Source: an uncultured bacterium (GTDB lineage: Bacteria; Bacteroidota; Ignavibacteria; OLB7). From it: 35,187 bases of DNA. Position 1 is the first letter of the stretch, and each line of letters opens with the position of its first letter. The notes under the pieces were generated by a model, which was not told the DNA's origin, searched no databases, and worked only from the letters and a program-made list of their open reading frames with translations. Location of the stretch: positions 1-35,187 of the forward strand of contig CBHYLN010000046.1 of assembly GCA_966128725.1 (NCBI GenBank), given 5' to 3'. Positions 32,832 to 35,187 of this stretch are shown in pieces. The position numbers and the translations under genes were made by a program.

Positions 32832-35021
32832 ATGAGCAACGTCAAATCCGGCGGCGGGTTCGCCGCTATCGCCTATACACTGAAGAAAAGCTTCCAGGCC
32901 ACTGGTGGTCCCGTGCGATTCTGGAAACGCATGGCAAGCCACAACTCCTGCAAAACCTGCGCCTACGGCATGGGCGGGCAGGCGGGCGGGATGCGGAACG
33001 AGCTGGGGCAGTTCCCGGAGTTCTGCAAGAAGAGTGTGCAGGCGATGGCGGCCGACATGCAGCCGCCGCTTGCCCCGGATTTCTTCGAGCGGCATTCGGC
33101 CGACGAGCTTGCCCGACTGTCGCCGCGCGAGCTGGAGAACTGCGGCCGGCTGGCCTATCCGGTGATGCGCGCGGCCGGAGCCACGCACTTCCAGCGTGTA
33201 AGCTGGGATGCCGCACTGGATGCCGCCGCCAACGCTTTGCGCGCCGCCGCGCCCGACCGCACCTTCTTCTACTCCTCCGGCCGATCGAGCAACGAGGCCG
33301 CGTTCCTGCTGCAATGGCTGGCGCGTGTGTACGGCACCAACAATGTGAACAATTGCTCCTACTACTGCCACCAGGCCAGCGGTGTGGGCATGGCCGAAAG
33401 CATCGGCACGGGCACTGCCACGGTGACGCTGGAGGATGTCGAGCACGCGGACTTCGTGTTGCTGCTGGGCGCCAACCCGGCCAGCAACCATCCACGCCTG
33501 ATCACAACGCTTGCCGAGCTGCGCAAGCGCGGCGGCACGGTGGTGGTGGTGAATCCGCTGCGCGAGACCGGGCTGGACCGCTTCAACATCCCATCGCGCC
33601 CGGTTTCGCTGTTGTTCGGTTCGGCCATCAACGACCATTACGTGCAGCCGCGCATCGGCGGCGATGTGGCCTTCCTGAAGGCGCTGTTGAAGGTTGTGAT
33701 AACCGAGGGCGCGCTGGATGAGGCATTTATCGCGGAGCATACGGTCGGGTTCGCCGAGCTGCGGGCCGCGCTGGAATCCGAGACGCTGGAAAGCCTCGCC
33801 GCCGAAAGCGGCGTGGATGTTGCCGTGGTGCAGCAGGTTGGGCGGCTGTACGCCGCATCGCGCAACGCCGTGTTCATGTGGGCCATGGGCATCACGCACC
33901 ACGAACACGGCACCGATAACGTGCTGGCGATCAGCAACCTGGCGCTGGCGCGCGGCATGGTGGGCAGGCCGCATGCGGGGCTGATGCCGATCCGGGGACA
34001 TTCCAACGTGCAGGGCATCGGCTCGGTTGGGTTTGCGCCGGAGCTGAAGGCAGGGCTGTTGAAGGCGATGGAGGATTTGTACGGCCTGAAGGCGCCGCAG
34101 GGGAAGGGGCTGGATTCCATCGGCTCGGTACACGCCGCGCATCAGGGGCGCATCGATGCCGCTATACTGATGGGCGGCAACTTCTATGCGGCCAATCCGG
34201 ATCTGGCCTACGCCGCAACCGCGCTGGGCCGCATCGGCACCGCCGTGCACATCAGCACCAAGCTGAATCAGGGGCATGTGTGCGTGGCACCGGAACGCGA
34301 GGGCGGCGCGGTGATCATCCTGCCCACCTGCGTGCGCGATGAGGAACTGCAAACCACCACACAGGAAAGCATGTTCAGCTTCGTGCGGCTCTCCGATGGC
34401 GGCATGGCGCGGCCCTCGCACGAGTTGAAGAGCGAGGTGGAGATCATCACCTCCATCGGCGCGCGGCTGCTGCCGGCCGACGGCCCCATCGATTTTCATG
34501 CGATGCGCAACCACGACGAAATCCGTCGCGTGATTGCGCGCGTGGTGCCCGGCTACGCGCCGGCGGCGGCCATCGCCGCCACACGCCAGGAGTTCCACGT
34601 TGAGGGGCGCGTGCGCCACCAGCCGAACTTTCCGCTGCCCGGCGGCCGCGCGCGGTTTATCGATGTGGCCACCCCGCGCGACCCGCTTGCGCCCGGCGAG
34701 CTGCGGCTGATGACGATCCGTTCGGAAGGGCAGTTCAATACCGTGGTGTACGAGGAGAACGACCGCTACCGCAACCAGCCAACGCGCGATGTGATCCTGA
34801 TGCACCCTGACGATATCGCAGCGCTGGGCCTGCGCGATGGCGCGCGTGTTACCGTCCGCTCCGCCACCGGCGCCATGCCGGATATCCGCGTGGCCGCCTA
34901 CGATATCGCCCGTGGCTGCGCGGCCATGTATTACCCGGAGGCGAACGTGCTGGTTGGCACCCGTGTGGACCCCAAGAGCGGCACCCCGGCATATAAAAAT
35001 GTGCGGGTTCGGGTGGAGTAG
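32832..35021 (+). CDS. FdhF/YdeP-family molybdopterin oxidoreductase (formate-dehydrogenase-like alpha subunit)
   Basis: The 729-aa length and the N-terminus MSNVKSGGGFAAIAYTLKKS...KTCAYGMGGQ are characteristic of YdeP-type proteins. Molybdopterin oxidoreductase blocks (FFYSSGRSSNEAAFLLQ, NCSYYCHQASGVG, HHEHG) are present. The C-terminal molydopterin-dinucleotide-binding segment (PDDIAALGLRDGARVTVRSATG) is present. Confidence 0.85.
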   Translation: MSNVKSGGGFAAIAYTLKKSFQATGGPVRFWKRMASHNSCKTCAYGMGGQAGGMRNELGQFPEFCKKSVQAMAADMQPPLAPDFFERHSADELARLSPRELENCGRLAYPVMRAAGATHFQRVSWDAALDAAANALRAAAPDRTFFYSSGRSSNEAAFLLQWLARVYGTNNVNNCSYYCHQASGVGMAESIGTGTATVTLEDVEHADFVLLLGANPASNHPRLITTLAELRKRGGTVVVVNPLRETGLDRFNIPSRPVSLLFGSAINDHYVQPRIGGDVAFLKALLKVVITEGALDEAFIAEHTVGFAELRAALESETLESLAAESGVDVAVVQQVGRLYAASRNAVFMWAMGITHHEHGTDNVLAISNLALARGMVGRPHAGLMPIRGHSNVQGIGSVGFAPELKAGLLKAMEDLYGLKAPQGKGLDSIGSVHAAHQGRIDAAILMGGNFYAANPDLAYAATALGRIGTAVHISTKLNQGHVCVAPEREGGAVIILPTCVRDEELQTTTQESMFSFVRLSDGGMARPSHELKSEVEIITSIGARLLPADGPIDFHAMRNHDEIRRVIARVVPGYAPAAAIAATRQEFHVEGRVRHQPNFPLPGGRARFIDVATPRDPLAPGELRLMTIRSEGQFNTVVYEENDRYRNQPTRDVILMHPDDIAALGLRDGARVTVRSATGAMPDIRVAAYDIARGCAAMYYPEANVLVGTRVDPKSGTPAYKNVRVRVE

Positions 35022-35187
35022 AGGGGAGCGCCGATCAATGCATTCCCGAGCAATTGTCGGTAGTCCAGTTCATTTTATGTGGGGAGCAAGATGCTGGTGT
35101 GACGCCTATGCAGCCATCTTGAATTAACGGGCCAGCCTGGCCCTCAACCACCCAGCGATAAATCGCTGGGCAATTATCCGGCGTCCC

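Noticed and set aside
1-35187. CRISPR arrays, rRNA or tRNA genes, transposase or integrase genes, and inverted-repeat-bounded IS elements
   Set aside because: No regularly spaced repeats, no conserved rRNA or tRNA sequence blocks, and no ORFs with DDE or tyrosine-recombinase motifs were seen on either strand.

Overview
The window is 35.2 kb of high-GC DNA (about 62-65% by eye) from a bacterium with a type IX secretion system (T9SS). Six encoded proteins end in a canonical T9SS C-terminal sorting domain, which points to the FCB superphylum (Bacteroidota, Rhodothermota, Gemmatimonadota or similar). The genus cannot be named from sequence alone. Because GC is high, nearly every real gene is shadowed by a long antisense ORF. 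Genes were called by family motifs, signal peptides and ribosome-binding sites, not ORF length.

Layout, left to right:
- 1-9.4 kb, mostly minus strand: a secreted FG-GAP repeat protein (partial), a cytochrome P450, a TPR lipoprotein, a flotillin/SPFH protein followed by an unknown 306-aa gene, a phosphodiester glycosidase, a C-N hydrolase and an MdpB-like phage tail-collar protein.
- 10.5-15.3 kb: two beta-propeller T9SS cargo proteins that flank a COG4705-like membrane protein.
- 16.1-35.0 kb: a single co-directional plus-strand array of secreted proteins and lipoproteins. It starts with a lower-GC stretch carrying two paralogous small cysteine-rich secreted proteins, a 171-aa lipoprotein, two translationally coupled paralogous ~360-aa lipoproteins, and a recent ~1.16-kb tandem duplication of a 285-aa lipoprotein gene preceded by a Fur-box-like palindrome. 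It continues with a DUF1111 di-heme oxidoreductase and a YHYH-domain membrane protein, which together look like a candidate iron/copper-responsive module. Four more T9SS cargo genes follow, including two tandem purple-acid-phosphatase-like metallophosphoesterases and a DUF1566 protein. The array ends with a YdeP/FdhF-family molybdopterin oxidoreductase.

The most distinctive non-coding structure lies at 3.3-3.65 kb. A 20-bp perfect palindrome occurs twice inside a ~90-bp direct repeat. An 11-unit heptanucleotide tandem array (RRAATGC) separates the two copies. A 40-codon ORF with a strong SD sits directly downstream.

Other non-coding features are a C12 homopolymer tract, a tandemly duplicated stop-codon-plus-hairpin module, and several intrinsic-terminator-like hairpins.

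No rRNA, tRNA, CRISPR array, integrase or transposase gene was found.
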